Origin: Oscillospiraceae bacterium | GTDB taxonomy: Bacteria; Bacillota; Clostridia; Oscillospirales; Oscillospiraceae | Assembly (NCBI GenBank): GCA_031290515.1 | Contig: JAITNK010000098.1 | Location: 1-49,048, forward strand | Direction: 5' to 3' | Length of the DNA stretch: 49,048 bases | Shown: piece after piece, positions 26,264 to 35,776 of the stretch | How the letters are laid out: the number at the start of each line of letters is the position of its first letter | Position numbering within the stretch: position 1 is the first letter of the stretch | The notes under the pieces: generated by a model | Seen by the model: the letters and a program-made list of their open reading frames with translations, nothing else | The model's database searches: none | What the model was told of the DNA's origin: nothing | Translations under genes and position numbers: made by a program

Positions 26264-26320
26264 ACAAAAGCCGCGCCTTTCGGCGCGGCTGATAAACAAA
26301 CGCAGACCCTCGCGGTCTGC
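26264..26320 (-). terminator. Tandem terminator hairpins after the PNPOx-family gene
   Basis: Minus strand: GCAGACC-GCGAG-GGTCTGC followed by GTTTGTTT, then AGCCGCGCC-GAAA-GGCGCGGCT followed by TTTTGTT. Confidence 0.65.
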
Positions 26321-26339
26321 GCCTGCGGTTTCGCAATCT

Positions 26340-26816
26340 CTATTTCATAAGCCGCTTGCCGGTGAACTCCGATGCGGTCAGCCGCAGCACCGCCGTGAGC
26401 GCAAGCGATTTCTCGTTGTAGGCGTAATCTTCGCCGACCGCGCCGTAGTGCCGCATAATGCAGTCGAGTCCGAGCCGCCGCTCCTCCGGGTCGTCAATCG
26501 GCTCGATGAAGCCGGAGCCGACTATGCTCTCGTAATTCATCGAGTATTTGCAAGGCTCGTCGCGCCGAATCAGTTCAACCGAGCAGTCCGCCTCGAAACC
26601 GGCGGCGCAGCCCGGACCGATCAGCGCGATTTTGCGCCCTTCGCGCGCGCCGTGGAAGTACAGCGTCAGCGCGCCGTTTTCGTACGAGTGTCCGAAACTC
26701 ATCGGCACGATGTACGGCGCGCCGCCGGTGCCGAGCGCGACGCGGCACACTTCGCACCGCGCGAGAACGCCGAGTATGTCTTGAATTTGCGTGATTTCCC
26801 GGTTCGCCTGCCGCAT
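26340..26816 (-). CDS. Pyridoxamine 5'-phosphate oxidase-like FMN-binding split-barrel protein (NimA-like family)
   Basis: AAAGGAG RBS before ATG 26816. MRQANREITQIQDILGVLARCEVCRVALGTGGAPYIVPMSF...LYFHGAREGRK. The rest of track ORF 26340-27815 is antisense overlap with guaA. Confidence 0.8.
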   Translation of the reverse strand: MRQANREITQIQDILGVLARCEVCRVALGTGGAPYIVPMSFGHSYENGALTLYFHGAREGRKIALIGPGCAAGFEADCSVELIRRDEPCKYSMNYESIVGSGFIEPIDDPEERRLGLDCIMRHYGAVGEDYAYNEKSLALTAVLRLTASEFTGKRLMK

Positions 26817-26842
26817 ATGCACACTCCTTTGAGGCGGAATTT

Positions 26843-28378
26843 CTACTCCCACTCGATTGTCGCGGGGGGCTTCCCCGTGACGTCGTACACGACGCGGCTC
26901 ACTCCGCGCACCTCGCCGCATATGCGCGACGCGGTTCTGCCGAGCAGACTGTGCGGCAGCGGGACGTACTCGCAGGTCATAAAGTCCGTCGTTTTGACGG
27001 CGCGGAGCGCGACCGTCAGCCCGTGAGTGCGGAAGTCGCCGACCACGCCGACGCTGCGCGTGTCGGTCAGCACCGCGAAGTACTGATCCGCTTTCGCCCT
27101 CGAGCGGCGCATTTCCTCGCGGAAAATCGCGTCCGCGGCGCGCAGCATACCGAGCTTCTCCCGCGTGACCGCGCCGATTACGCGCACCGCGAGACCCGGT
27201 CCCGGGAACGGCTGCCGCCCGACGAGTGCGCGCGGCAGTCCGAGTTCGCGCCCGAGCGCGCGCACCTCGTCCTTGAAAAGCCCGCGCAGCGGCTCGACTA
27301 CGCCCTCGAACTTCATATCTTCCGGCAGTCCGCCGACGTTGTGGTGGCTCTTTATCGTCGCGGAAGCGTTCGCGCCGGACTCGACTACGTCCGGATAAAT
27401 CGTGCCCTGCGCGAGAAACGAAATCTCGCCGTACCCGCGGCGAAGCCGCTCCGCCTCGTCCTCGAATACGCGCACAAATTCCTCGCCGATGATTTTGCGC
27501 TTCTTTTCCGGTTCCGAAACTCCGCGCAGCTTCGCAAGGAACCGCTTTTCGGCGTTCACGCGTATGAAGTGCAGACTGCGCTTTGAAAACGCCGCCTCCA
27601 CTTCGTCGCCCTCGTCCCGCCGCATAAGCCCGTGGTCTACGAATACGCAGTGCAGCCTGCCGGGTACCGCCTCCGCGAGCAGCGCGGCGCACACCGACGA
27701 GTCCACGCCGCCGGACAGCCCGAGCAGCACCCGCTTGTCCCCGACCCGCTCGCGCACCTCGCGCACCATACGCGCGTGATAGTCCGTGATGTTGTAGTCG
27801 CCCGCCGCGCCGCATACGCCGTACAGAAAATTACGCAGCATCAGCGAGCCGTTCGGCGTGTTCTCCACCTCCGGGTGAAACTGCGTCGCATAGAGCTTCC
27901 GTTCCGCGTTTTCCATCGCGGCGACCGGGCAGTCGGCGGTGCTCGCGGTAATCGCGAAGCCGTCCGGCAAAACCTCGACCTGATCCGTGTGGCTCATAAG
28001 TCCGGTTTGCTTCGCCGCGAGTCCCGAAAACAGCGCGGACGACGCGTCGCACTCCACCGCGACGCGCCCGTACTCGCTTTTTCCGCACGGTTTCACCGAG
28101 CCGCCGAGCGTGTACGCCGTAAGCTGCATTCCGTAGCAGATTCCGAGTACCGGAACGCCGAGTTCAAACAGCCGCTTATCTGTCCGCGGCGCGCCGTCGC
28201 GGTACACGCTGTCCGGTCCCCCGGTGAGGATTATGCCTATCGGGTTTCGCTTGGCAATCTCGCCGACCGGAGTGCGCCCGGGGATTATCTCCGCAAGGAC
28301 ATTGTTCTCGCGGACGCGCCGCGCTATCAGTTCTTTATACTGCCCTCCGAAATCGAGGACGAGAACGAGCTGATTCAT
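26843..28378 (-). CDS. guaA: GMP synthase (glutamine-hydrolysing)
   Basis: GATase domain (GICYGMQL), ATP-PPase P-loop SGGVDSSV, and C-terminal ...GKPPATIEWE. Confidence 0.97.
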   Translation of the reverse strand: MNQLVLVLDFGGQYKELIARRVRENNVLAEIIPGRTPVGEIAKRNPIGIILTGGPDSVYRDGAPRTDKRLFELGVPVLGICYGMQLTAYTLGGSVKPCGKSEYGRVAVECDASSALFSGLAAKQTGLMSHTDQVEVLPDGFAITASTADCPVAAMENAERKLYATQFHPEVENTPNGSLMLRNFLYGVCGAAGDYNITDYHARMVREVRERVGDKRVLLGLSGGVDSSVCAALLAEAVPGRLHCVFVDHGLMRRDEGDEVEAAFSKRSLHFIRVNAEKRFLAKLRGVSEPEKKRKIIGEEFVRVFEDEAERLRRGYGEISFLAQGTIYPDVVESGANASATIKSHHNVGGLPEDMKFEGVVEPLRGLFKDEVRALGRELGLPRALVGRQPFPGPGLAVRVIGAVTREKLGMLRAADAIFREEMRRSRAKADQYFAVLTDTRSVGVVGDFRTHGLTVALRAVKTTDFMTCEYVPLPHSLLGRTASRICGEVRGVSRVVYDVTGKPPATIEWE

Positions 28379-28391
28379 ACCGTCTCCTTGT

Positions 28392-28424
28392 CAAAACCAA
28401 CAAAGGGCGATTTCCCGCCCTTTG
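28392..28424 (-). terminator. Terminator-like hairpin between the zinc-ribbon gene and guaA
   Basis: Minus strand: CAAAGGGCG-GGAAAT-CGCCCTTTG followed by TTGGTTTTG. The guaA RBS follows immediately. Confidence 0.5.
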
Positions 28425-28441
28425 CCGTTATTCGTTTTTCG

Positions 28442-29113
28442 TCATTTACCGCAGCGGATTATTACTTTTTGCGTCTTTCCGCCGCAGGTAACTGTGAGCG
28501 TCGCGTTGCCGTTCTTAATCCAGGTGACGGTCACGCTTCTGCCCGTCGTATCCGTCGCCACTACATCGAAAACCGCGGTGTTGCTGCTCGTCCAGACCGG
28601 AACGTCCTCGATTCCGGACGGCGTAATCTTCAGCGTCAGCTTAATCGACGTACTCTTCGGGAGCGTCAGCTCCTTGTTGCCGGTCGGTTTTTTCTGAGCG
28701 TCTAACTCGTCGTATCGCAGCGGCGCGTTGTTGTACTGCACCTCAATCGCCGTAGCTCCCGCGACCGGAGGCGGCTCCGACGGGAGCGGCGTGTCCGACG
28801 GCTCCGGCGGCATACTCGTATTCGGCGGCTCCGACACGACCGAGACAACGCCGTCTCCCGCGTTGAGCGGACCGGACGGCGACGGTGTCGGGGTTGGCTC
28901 CGCGTTGCCGTTCACGGCGAGTCCAATGCCCACGCCGACGACGAGCAGCGCAAACACTACGATTCCGATTATCATCTTTGCCTTGAGATTGTCAATATCG
29001 CGCGCGTGCTTCCCCTGCGTGCCGCGCCGCGCGCCGCAAAACGGGCAGTGCGCCCTGACCGCGGAATAATATCTGTCGCATTTTCCGCATTTCACTTCGG
29101 AAACTTTTGCCAT
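28442..29113 (-). CDS. Zinc-ribbon / single-TM / Pro-rich linker / Ig-like (Big_2-type) domain protein
   Basis: N-terminal CGKCDRYY...CPFCG, TM helix MIIGIVVFALLVVGVGIGLAV, and a C-terminal segment WTSSNTAVFDVVATDTTGRSVTVTWIKNGNATLTVT. Confidence 0.7.
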   Translation of the reverse strand: MAKVSEVKCGKCDRYYSAVRAHCPFCGARRGTQGKHARDIDNLKAKMIIGIVVFALLVVGVGIGLAVNGNAEPTPTPSPSGPLNAGDGVVSVVSEPPNTSMPPEPSDTPLPSEPPPVAGATAIEVQYNNAPLRYDELDAQKKPTGNKELTLPKSTSIKLTLKITPSGIEDVPVWTSSNTAVFDVVATDTTGRSVTVTWIKNGNATLTVTCGGKTQKVIIRCGK

Positions 29114-29152
29114 ACTTTTTTACTCCTTCCGTATCCGGTTTGCCGAACCCGT

Positions 29153-30367
29153 TTATCTTTCAACTATCGCCTTCGTATCCCGCGCAATCATAAGCTCCTC
29201 GTTCGTCGGAATCGTAAATATTCTGACTTTGGAGCCGTTTCCGGTAATATCCACCGTGCCGCGCACTTTGTTTTTCTCCGGGTCGAGCGAGATTCCGAGT
29301 CCGGCGAGGGGCTTTGTAATCTCCGCCCGCGCTTCCGCCGAGTTCTCGCCGAGTCCCGCCGTGAACACAATTGCGTCGGCTCCGCCGAGCGCGCCGTAAT
29401 ACGACGCGAGGTACTTCATCACATTGTAGTAAAAAACCTTGAGCGCGAGATTCGCCCGCGCGTACAGCGGCTCTCCGCCGTTCTCCGCGACAGCCTCGAT
29501 TTCTCGGAAGTCCGACGACACGCCGGAAATCCCGAGTACTCCGGACTCGTGGTTCAGCAGGTGCAGCGTCTCCGCCACGGTCAGCTTCTCGCTGTCCGCA
29601 ATGTACTCGACGATTGCGGGGTCGATACTGCCCGAGCGCGTCCCCATCGGCACACCCTCAAGCGGCGTAAGTCCCATCGACGTGTCGATACACTTCCCGC
29701 CCCGAATCGCGGCGAGCGAGGAACCGTTTCCGAGGTGACAGGTGATAATCCGCGTGTTCTCCGCCTTTGCGCCGAGCAGTTTAACCGCCTCCTGCGAGAC
29801 GTATTTGTGGCTCGTGCCGTGGAAGCCGTACCTGCGGATATGATACTTCTCCTGATACTTGTACGGAATCGCGTATGTATAGGCGTAGTCCGGCATCGTC
29901 TGGTGGAACGACGTGTCAAACGTCGCGACCTGCGGCACGCCGGGCATCGCCCCGATACACGCGCGGATTCCGGACAGATTGTGCGGGTTGTGCAGCGGTC
30001 CGAGCGGAATAAAGTACTCTATATCCTTAATGACCGAAGCGTCCACAAGCGCGCTTTCCGCGTACTTCGGTCCTCCGTTCAGCACCCGGTGTCCGACGGC
30101 TCCGATGTCCGACAGGCTCGAAACCACGCCGAATTCCGGGCTTACAAGCTTCTCAAGCACCGCCTTGATTGCGTCCGTATGCGTCGGGAGCGCGATTTCC
30201 ACTTCATACGCCGGTTTTCCGTTTTGCGGACTGTGCTTCATATGACCGGAGCCGGGGGCGATACCGATTTTTTCGCACAGACCTTTTGCGATCAGCGTCT
30301 CCGTCGTCATATCAATGAGCTGGTACTTGACGGACGAGGAGCCTGCGTTTATCACGAGAACTTTCAT
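29153..30367 (-). CDS. ackA: Acetate kinase
   Basis: MKVLVINAGSSSVKYQL..., RRYGFHGTSH, ITCHLGNGSS. Start trimmed from track 30463 to ATG 30367. Confidence 0.95.
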   Translation of the reverse strand: MKVLVINAGSSSVKYQLIDMTTETLIAKGLCEKIGIAPGSGHMKHSPQNGKPAYEVEIALPTHTDAIKAVLEKLVSPEFGVVSSLSDIGAVGHRVLNGGPKYAESALVDASVIKDIEYFIPLGPLHNPHNLSGIRACIGAMPGVPQVATFDTSFHQTMPDYAYTYAIPYKYQEKYHIRRYGFHGTSHKYVSQEAVKLLGAKAENTRIITCHLGNGSSLAAIRGGKCIDTSMGLTPLEGVPMGTRSGSIDPAIVEYIADSEKLTVAETLHLLNHESGVLGISGVSSDFREIEAVAENGGEPLYARANLALKVFYYNVMKYLASYYGALGGADAIVFTAGLGENSAEARAEITKPLAGLGISLDPEKNKVRGTVDITGNGSKVRIFTIPTNEELMIARDTKAIVER

Positions 30368-30382
30368 ATATAAAAACACCTC

Positions 30383-30411
30383 TTGAAAATAGTTGCAATC
30401 CGTAGTAATAT
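30383..30411 (+). promoter_or_regulatory. sigma-A-type promoter TTGAAA-17-TAATAT
   Basis: TTGAAA 30383-30388 and TAATAT 30406-30411, in the divergent ackA/tmcAL intergenic region. Confidence 0.45.
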
Positions 30412-30467
30412 AGTTGAGACAAATATAGTATACTATATACCTTTTTGCGGAGTAAATCAACAAAAAA

Positions 30468-31646
30468 ATGAAGATTTCCGAAAATACTTTAGAAAACCGC
30501 TCCGCCGCCGGCGTAATCTGCGAGCTTAACCCGCCTCACGCCGGACATTCCGCGCTGTTTCGCAGAATCAGAGCCGCGTCGGACGCGCCCGTGGTCTGCG
30601 TAATGAGCGGCAATTTCGTACAGCGCGGCGAGCCGGCGGTTTTCCCAAAACTTCCGCGCGCGGAATGCGCCGTACTGCTCGGAGCCGACCTCGTAATCGA
30701 ACTGCCGGTCTCGGCTTCGCTCTCTTCCGCGGAGGGGTTCGCGGAAGCGGGCGCGGCTCTTCTCGCGTCGCTCGGGGTTAACCGCATCGCTTTCGGCTGC
30801 GAATCCGGCGAACTCCCGCCGCTTACTCTCGCGGCGGAAGCATTGAACTCCGAAGCCGCGGAGACCGCGACGCGGCGCGCGCTCGCGTACGGCAAATCGT
30901 ACGCCGCGGCGCGCGGGTACGCTCTGCGCGAAGTCCTCGGCGGTGCGGCGGACGTACTGCGCGAGCCGAACAACACCCTCGCGGTCGAGTATATCCGCGC
31001 GGTCGGACGGCTCGGCGCGGACATTGCGCCGCTTGCATTCCCGCGCGAACCTGGGTACTCGTCGGAGCGCGTGCGAAGTTTGCTGCTCGCCGGAGACCGC
31101 GGCGCGTGGGACGTCGTTCCGCCGGACTGCGCGGAGCTTTTGCGTCCCGTGCCGCCCGTGTTCCCCGGCGACCTTGAAACCGCGCTGCTGTCGCGGCTCC
31201 GCGCGCTCTCCCCCGACGGTTTTTCGGAAATATCCGGCGGCTCCGACGGTCTCGCGGAGCGCGCCGCGAAAGCCGTAAGCTCCGCCGCGACGCTCGGCGA
31301 ACTGCTTGCGCTGACCAAAACGCGCCGTCACGCGATGAGCCGCGTCAAACGGTATATGCTTGCCGCCGCACTCGGTCTGCGAGCGGAAACGCTTCCGCCG
31401 CAATATATTCGTCCGCTCGCGCTGTCGGAGCGCGGCGGCGCGTTGCTGAAGCGCGCGCGGCTTCCGGTAATCTCGCGCACGGCGGACGTCCGCAGTCTGC
31501 CGGAGGACGCGCGGCGCGCGTTCGCGCTCGAAGCCGCCGCGACCGACTTCTATACGCTCGGCTACGCCGCGCCGGAACTGCGCCGCGCCGGGAGCGAACT
31601 GCGTCTGTCGCCGAAGTTTATCGGAACCGCTACCGAATCGCGTTAA
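30468..31646 (+). CDS. tmcAL: Nucleotidyltransferase-family protein, probable tRNA(Met) cytidine acetate ligase (YlbM/TmcAL family)
   Basis: The N-terminal segment GVICELNPPHAGH matches the EYNPFHNGH motif of YlbM-type proteins. Length is about 390 aa. The RBS is poor, so the start is uncertain. Confidence 0.65.
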   Translation: MKISENTLENRSAAGVICELNPPHAGHSALFRRIRAASDAPVVCVMSGNFVQRGEPAVFPKLPRAECAVLLGADLVIELPVSASLSSAEGFAEAGAALLASLGVNRIAFGCESGELPPLTLAAEALNSEAAETATRRALAYGKSYAAARGYALREVLGGAADVLREPNNTLAVEYIRAVGRLGADIAPLAFPREPGYSSERVRSLLLAGDRGAWDVVPPDCAELLRPVPPVFPGDLETALLSRLRALSPDGFSEISGGSDGLAERAAKAVSSAATLGELLALTKTRRHAMSRVKRYMLAAALGLRAETLPPQYIRPLALSERGGALLKRARLPVISRTADVRSLPEDARRAFALEAAATDFYTLGYAAPELRRAGSELRLSPKFIGTATESR

Positions 31647-32901
31647 TCCAGCCGGTGATGCGCGGGATTTTCGCGCCGTCGGCGTCGGCGTAATCCGTGC
31701 CGTCGTTGAACTCGAAGTCGTTCAGCGCGGGAATCCAGACGAGGTGGTCTACCGGTGTGGGCGTAACGCCGTCGGGGAACAGATAGCCGTGCGCTAAAAC
31801 CGCGATACGGCTTTTTTCGTTTGCGCCGAGGTACGGCTTCATCTCGGTTCTCACGCCGTCCGTGTCAAAATCACCCTCGCCGTGTACGCAGAACACCGGA
31901 ACGGAAAGCGCGGCTTTGCGCTCGTCCTCACTCAAAACGTACATTCCGCAGCACGGAACCGCGCCTTTGACGCGTTCCGGGTGCGCGGCGAGACAGAGCC
32001 ACGTCATAAAGCCGCCCATCGAGAAGCCGCCTATAAACACGCGGTCGGCGTCCGCGTCCGGGTGCTGTTTGAGGAAGTCACGGAGCATAAGGAAAAACGG
32101 CTCGACCTGCGCTGAGTTCCACGACATACCGTGACCGTCGCGCAGGTCCTCGTTCGCCCTCGGCGCGATTATGTACGCTCCGCCCTCGGCAAAGCGCGAC
32201 TGCATTTCATCTTTTGCCCAGTTGGCAATCGGGTTGAACTCGAACAGACTCGTTTGCGTGTGCGTACCGCTGTGCAGTCCGTGGAACCACACGAATACCG
32301 GATATTTCACGCCGTCCGCAGCCCGCGGTCCGAAGTAGTTGTACTCGATTGCGAGTCCGTTTGCGGCTTTCGGTCCCCAGGCTGACCGGAACTTGCGGAT
32401 TTGCTCGAGTATCGCGCCGTCTCCGAACGCCGGTTGGTGACTTACCCACATTTCGGCGATTTCTCCCGCGGGATTCAGCCGGACGAACCAGTAGTCGTCC
32501 CAGCCGGCTTCCGCGTCCGCGACCTTTTTCGCGTAATCCTCCGGAATACCCGCCTTGCCGAACATCCACATCGGCGCGTCCGGCTCAAAGCGGTATTCGC
32601 GGTCGCCGAGACGTATCGCGCCGTCCCGCGGAGCCGCGACCGTGTACCCGGCAATCAGATTTTCGCTGAGCCGCGTTTTTGTGACGTAGCCGCCGCCGCC
32701 GAACGTACATTCATACACGCCGGGCCACATCGCGTAGCCGGGTTCCCCGCGCAGGTCAAACTCCGGAAGAATCCGCACGTCCGTAAGCGCGCCGTCAACA
32801 AGAGCTTTGTAAACGTTGTGGTCGGGCGCGCCCGGCTGCGAGCGCACCTCTGTAACGCCGCCGGGAGCCTCAATCCCCGTAAAGCAAACGATTTTTTCCA
32901 T
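31630..32901 (-). CDS. Alpha/beta-hydrolase (esterase) with an N-terminal domain of about 190 aa of unknown family
   Basis: Nucleophile elbow GGFSMGG and a downstream HGEGD. AGGAG RBS. The 3' end overlaps tmcAL convergently by 17 nt. Confidence 0.75.
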   Translation of the reverse strand: MEKIVCFTGIEAPGGVTEVRSQPGAPDHNVYKALVDGALTDVRILPEFDLRGEPGYAMWPGVYECTFGGGGYVTKTRLSENLIAGYTVAAPRDGAIRLGDREYRFEPDAPMWMFGKAGIPEDYAKKVADAEAGWDDYWFVRLNPAGEIAEMWVSHQPAFGDGAILEQIRKFRSAWGPKAANGLAIEYNYFGPRAADGVKYPVFVWFHGLHSGTHTQTSLFEFNPIANWAKDEMQSRFAEGGAYIIAPRANEDLRDGHGMSWNSAQVEPFFLMLRDFLKQHPDADADRVFIGGFSMGGFMTWLCLAAHPERVKGAVPCCGMYVLSEDERKAALSVPVFCVHGEGDFDTDGVRTEMKPYLGANEKSRIAVLAHGYLFPDGVTPTPVDHLVWIPALNDFEFNDGTDYADADGAKIPRITGWINAIR

Positions 32902-32959
32902 TATCGATAACTCCTATGCATTGTTTTTGCGAATGACGCGAGGGACGCGGAGAACGTAA

Positions 32960-32995
32960 GGTGACGCGCTTTTCCGGCTAAAAAAGCGCGTCACC
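32960..32995 (-). other. Perfect 14-bp hairpin between the ftsH terminator and the hydrolase gene
   Basis: GGTGACGCGCTTTT / AAAAGCGCGTCACC with an 8-nt loop and no clear U-tail. Confidence 0.4.
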
Positions 32996-33010
32996 CCCGG
33001 TTCCACTCGC

Positions 33011-33041
33011 GCAAAACAAGGCGCGGGTAAACGCGCCTTGT
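33011..33041 (-). terminator. Rho-independent terminator after ftsH
   Basis: Minus strand: CAAGGCGCG-TTTACC-CGCGCCTTG followed by TTTTGC. Confidence 0.65.
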
Positions 33042-33048
33042 GCCTGTT

Positions 33049-34968
33049 TTAGAATATGTCCGGCAGTGCTGCGTCCGCCGTCTGCTCGTCCGCGACCGTT
33101 TCTATAACGCCTCGTCCGCCTTCGCACAGCCGCCTGAACTCTTCGCCGCCCATCGTCTCGTACTTCAGCAGATGCTCCGCCGTCGCCGCGACGAGGTCTG
33201 CGCGCTCTTTCAGCAGCCGCGTACATTCCGCAATCGCGCGGTCGAATATCTCCTTGACCGCTCGGTCAATCGCGGCGGCGGTCTCCTCGCTGTAGCTTTT
33301 TGTCTGCTGGAAATCGCGCCCGATAAACACGCTGTGCGACGAATCGTCGAACGATATGGGACCGAGTTCGTCGCTCATACCGTACATAGTTACCATAGCC
33401 CGCGCGATTTGCGACGCCTGCTGTATATCGCTCGACGCGCCGGTCGAAATGTCGGCGAGGAACAGCTGTTCCGCAACGCGGCCGCCGAGCGCGGCGACAA
33501 TGCGTTCAAACATCTCGCTGCGCGACTGGGTGCCTTTGTCCTCCTCCGCGCGGTAAACCGTTACGCCGCCCGCCTGACCTCTCGGGATAATCGAGATGTG
33601 GTGAACCGGGTCTGTGTGTTCGAGAAAGAACGCGGCGACGGCGTGTCCCGCCTCGTGGTACGCGGTGAGCTTCTTTGCTTTCTCCGTGACGACGCGGCTC
33701 TTTTTCTCGGGTCCCACCATAACCTTGAGCATCGCGTCCTCAATGTCGGACATTTGCACGACCGGTCTGTCCGCGCGCGCGGCGAGCAGCGCGGATTCGT
33801 TGAGCAGATTTTCAAGGTCCGCGCCGGTAAACCCGACCGTCGTCTGCGCGATGTGCTTCAGCGACACGTTTTCGTCAAACCGCTTCCCGCGCGAGTGTAC
33901 CTTCAGAATTTCCTCGCGCCCCTTAACGTCCGGCAACCCGACGTACACGGTGCGGTCGAACCGCCCCGGACGCAGAAGCGCGCTGTCGAGAATGTCCGCG
34001 CGGTTCGTCGCCGCGATTATGATAACGCCCTCGTTCGTCGTGAATCCGTCCATCTCGACGAGCAGCTGGTTCAGCGTCTGCTCTCGCTCGTCGTGACCGC
34101 CGCCGAGACCGGCTCCGCGCTGCCGCCCCACCGCGTCGATTTCATCAATGAATATTATCGCGGGAGCGAGTTTTTTCGCCTGGTCGAACAAATCGCGCAC
34201 ACGGCTCGCGCCCACGCCGACGTACAGCTCGACGAAGTCGGAGCCGGAAATCGACAGAAACTGCACCCCCGCCTCTCCGGCGACGGCTTTTGCGATTAGC
34301 GTTTTGCCGGTGCCCGGAGGTCCCACGAGCAGCACGCCCTTCGGTATTCTCGCTCCGAGTTCCGTGTATTTTCCCGGCGCGCGCAGGAAATCCACGATTT
34401 CGGCAAGTTCCGCCTTTTCTTCGTCCGCGCCCGCAACGTCCGCGAACGTGACCTTCTTCTTGTCCTCGGAGGCGAGCCGCGTCCGCGCCTTACTGAAGCG
34501 CATCGCACCCCTGTCCCCGCCCGCGCCGCTGCGGTTCATCATCATATTGAATACAAATATAAACACGCCGATAACGATTACATACGGTATTATCGAGAAC
34601 CACCACGGCATCTGCGCGTTCGGTGTGAGCGTATATATAAAGCCGCCGGACGGATTCTCCATCGCCTCGTCGATATATCCTTTGTTGTCCTCGTAAAACG
34701 TGTAGAAGTCGTAGAGCGTGTGCGACACGGTCGTCGCCTGCTCGTGATTTTCGTCGGGGCGTATCAGGTCGATTGTGAGCGTACTGCCCTTAATCTCGAA
34801 GCTCTTGACGTTATGCTCGATAAAATAGCGGCGAACCTCGTAGTACTCGACCTTTATCGGCGTGCCCGGTCTGAAGAACCTCGCGACGACTATCGCGAGA
34901 ATAAGCGCAATCGCGACTAAAACCAGAAAGCCCTTGTCGCGCGGTTTTTTTTGGTTTTTTGGATTCAA
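33049..34968 (-). CDS. ftsH: ATP-dependent zinc metalloprotease FtsH
   Basis: Walker [12 protein letters not shown], and zinc motif HEAGHAV. Likely TTG start at 34968, 7 nt after AAGGAG; the frame stays open to 35052. Confidence 0.95.
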   Translation of the reverse strand: MNPKNQKKPRDKGFLVLVAIALILAIVVARFFRPGTPIKVEYYEVRRYFIEHNVKSFEIKGSTLTIDLIRPDENHEQATTVSHTLYDFYTFYEDNKGYIDEAMENPSGGFIYTLTPNAQMPWWFSIIPYVIVIGVFIFVFNMMMNRSGAGGDRGAMRFSKARTRLASEDKKKVTFADVAGADEEKAELAEIVDFLRAPGKYTELGARIPKGVLLVGPPGTGKTLIAKAVAGEAGVQFLSISGSDFVELYVGVGASRVRDLFDQAKKLAPAIIFIDEIDAVGRQRGAGLGGGHDEREQTLNQLLVEMDGFTTNEGVIIIAATNRADILDSALLRPGRFDRTVYVGLPDVKGREEILKVHSRGKRFDENVSLKHIAQTTVGFTGADLENLLNESALLAARADRPVVQMSDIEDAMLKVMVGPEKKSRVVTEKAKKLTAYHEAGHAVAAFFLEHTDPVHHISIIPRGQAGGVTVYRAEEDKGTQSRSEMFERIVAALGGRVAEQLFLADISTGASSDIQQASQIARAMVTMYGMSDELGPISFDDSSHSVFIGRDFQQTKSYSEETAAAIDRAVKEIFDRAIAECTRLLKERADLVAATAEHLLKYETMGGEEFRRLCEGGRGVIETVADEQTADAALPDIF

Positions 34969-34988
34969 CTTTACTCTCCTTATTATTT

Positions 34989-35106
34989 GCTCGGTCGGGC
35001 AAAGCCCTCCGTTCGCTTCAGATTCCGGCAAAACGCCGCTTCCGTGAGACACGGCTTTGCCGCATTAACCGCTCAGTCGGGCAAAGCCCTCCGTTCGCTT
35101 CAGATT
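34989..35106 (-). repeat. hpt-ftsH intergenic: two 36-bp direct repeats (1 mismatch, 82-bp period) flanking copy 2 of the conserved leader element
   Basis: 34989-35024 and 35071-35106 are identical except G/A at 34993/35075. Both contain a GGGCAAAGCCC hairpin. The central GGCTTTGCC (35053-35061) is complementary to both. Confidence 0.6.
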
Positions 35107-35147
35107 TTAACCGCCCGGACGGCGGCGACGCCCGCAGCCCGCGGGAT

Positions 35148-35690
35148 TCAGCTGCCGTCCGGCAAATAAATCTCCGGCTTCAGCACGCCGATATACGGAA
35201 GATTGCGGTAACGCTCCGCGTAGTCGAGTCCGTAGCCGACGAAGAATTCGGACGGACACCCGAAACCGGTATAGTCCGCGGAAACGTCCGCTTCGCGCCG
35301 TTCGGTTTTATCGAGAAACGCGCATATTTTCACCGACGCGGGGTTCTGCGCGAGCAGCTTGTCGCGAAGTTTTTTAAGCGTACGCCCCGTGTCGAGAATG
35401 TCCTCGACTATCAGAATGTGCCTGTTTTCGGCGGCGACACTCATCGAGACCTCGACCGTGCCGGACGTGACCGCGGCGAAACCGTAGCTCGACGCTTTCA
35501 GAAACTGCACCTCGAGCGGGAATCCGCAGGCGCGCACAAGATCCGCCATAAAGACGAACGCGCCCTTTAGTATGCCGATAAACACCGGATTTTTATCCGC
35601 GTACTCACTTTGAAGCGCGGCGGCGAGTTCCCGCACCCTGCGCCGTATTTCGTCCTCGGAGTACGCGATATACAAAACGTCTTTATGCAA
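35148..35690 (-). CDS. hpt: Hypoxanthine phosphoribosyltransferase
   Basis: ILIVEDILDTGRTL PRPP-binding motif. TTG start 7 nt after GGGGGG. Confidence 0.93.
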   Translation of the reverse strand: MHKDVLYIAYSEDEIRRRVRELAAALQSEYADKNPVFIGILKGAFVFMADLVRACGFPLEVQFLKASSYGFAAVTSGTVEVSMSVAAENRHILIVEDILDTGRTLKKLRDKLLAQNPASVKICAFLDKTERREADVSADYTGFGCPSEFFVGYGLDYAERYRNLPYIGVLKPEIYLPDGS

Positions 35691-35776
35691 GCGGCTGCCC
35701 CCCGGATATGAAGTATTCTAACACAAACGCGTCTGAAAATAAAGCTGTTAACGGAAATTTCTTAAAATAATAGTCT

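Noticed and set aside
26817-27815. N-terminal 333 codons of the 491-aa track ORF 26340-27815
   Set aside because: This part overlaps guaA out of frame and is Arg/Gly-rich. A proper AAAGGAG RBS and ATG at 26816 start a complete 158-aa PNPOx-family protein.
28392-28441. Purine or guanine riboswitch ahead of guaA
   Set aside because: The intergenic region is only 63 nt and is occupied by a simple hairpin plus the RBS, which is too short for a purine aptamer.
34989-35106. CRISPR-like array (36-bp direct repeats with a spacer)
   Set aside because: There are only two repeat copies, no cas genes, and the spacer is itself related to a dispersed leader element. Treated as a regulatory or REP-like repeat instead.
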